DNA of 64,000 nucleotides from Trypanosoma brucei (Eukaryota): NCBI GenBank assembly GCA_000002445.1, contig AE017150.2, positions 1,120,001 to 1,184,000 of the forward strand, read 5' to 3'. Shown piece by piece: positions 63,351 to 64,000 of this stretch (position 1 is its first letter; each line of letters starts with the position of its first letter). The notes under the pieces were generated by a model. It saw only the letters and a program-made list of their open reading frames with translations, ran no database searches and was not told where the DNA came from. The position numbers and the translations under genes were made by a program.

Positions 63351-64000
63351 ACTTCTTACCTGTTCAGTAAAAATAACATCAGATCAATTCACAGTTATTA
63401 CAATATCCTCATCATTTGCATTCTTCCTCTCAAAAAATATCCATAACCTATATAGGCCTTTTAACATGGATATACAAACATCCCATTGCAATTGTAATAA
63501 TTTCAACATGACTTAGTTTTGGCACTAAATATTAGTCTACACCATTCTTGTGTTGCATGAGTTTAAACTACAACCATAAACACTCTGGGTTTTTTCGAAA
63601 GCTTTCAATTGAAGAGGTAGCAGAAGAACTAGTGGCGTCAACAGTGCAAAAACTTCCTTCATCATCCTTTTGAAGTTGCATAAAGATGGTTGGAGAAGAT
63701 GTAACTATTTCGGGGGCGTAGTTTCAACATTGGTTTTGTCTTAATGCAGATATCAGTAGTTGATGGTTTATGTGTTTTTATAAAACTTTATCTCTTATCT
63801 GAACTTAAGAAGGGACACTTTAGCACTTAAATTCTACACACCGTTCGTCACTTTTTGTACGACTTTTGAATCCGAGGCTTCACCATAGAATCATATTTGT
63901 GGCTGTTTTAAAGGTTTATATAGTCTGATTCGCTTATATGATGGGAAACGATAGTTTTTCAGTCGTCAAATTAGTTTCGTAAGAAGAGCTCCTGTTCGCA

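Noticed and set aside
1..64000. Prokaryotic-style features (operons with RBS, CRISPR arrays, phage or defence islands)
   Set aside because: The sequence is clearly eukaryotic kinetoplastid, shown by VSGs, ingi and trans-splicing signals. No direct-repeat/spacer architecture of CRISPR type is present. The only periodicity is the ~10 kb gene-unit array.

Overview
This window is kinetoplastid (Trypanosoma brucei-group) nuclear DNA, not prokaryotic. There are no CRISPR arrays, rRNA genes or tRNA genes. The evidence for the kinetoplastid call is: VSG-type surface glycoprotein genes with the canonical 16-mer 3'UTR element and GPI-signal C-termini; an ingi/L1Tc-like non-LTR retroelement; and intronless genes preceded by polypyrimidine/AG trans-splicing signals.

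Positions 1-46,062 are a head-to-tail tandem array of ~10.1-10.5 kb units on the + strand. There are 4 complete units plus partial units at both ends. Each unit holds a ~5 kb ORF-free spacer, a 319-aa 2OG/Fe(II) oxygenase gene (iron/ascorbate oxidoreductase family), a ~2.4 kb spacer, and a ~462-466-aa 11-TM equilibrative nucleoside transporter (ENT, TbNT/TbAT1-like) gene. This matches the known organisation of the T. brucei chromosome 2 NT2-NT7 purine transporter cluster. I cannot say which NT paralog is which.

The array shows concerted evolution. Spacers, gene flanks and three of the four oxygenase copies are almost identical. Oxygenase copy 1 is a mosaic with a divergent central segment. 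The four transporter CDSs are patchwork mosaics of one another even though their flanks are identical.

The array breaks cleanly at 46,062 and gives way to subtelomere-type content:
- a + strand VSG-like pseudogene with two in-frame stops;
- a degenerate ~4.9 kb ingi-like retroelement on the - strand, abutting a VSG pseudogene;
- three VSG genes or pseudogenes on the - strand, one with an intact N-terminal domain but a disabled C-terminus, with 16-mer and 70-bp-repeat-like elements.

The ORF track uses TTG/GTG as starts. Gene starts were re-set to genuine ATGs. Most minus-strand ORFs inside the array are antisense artefacts replicated by the repeat.
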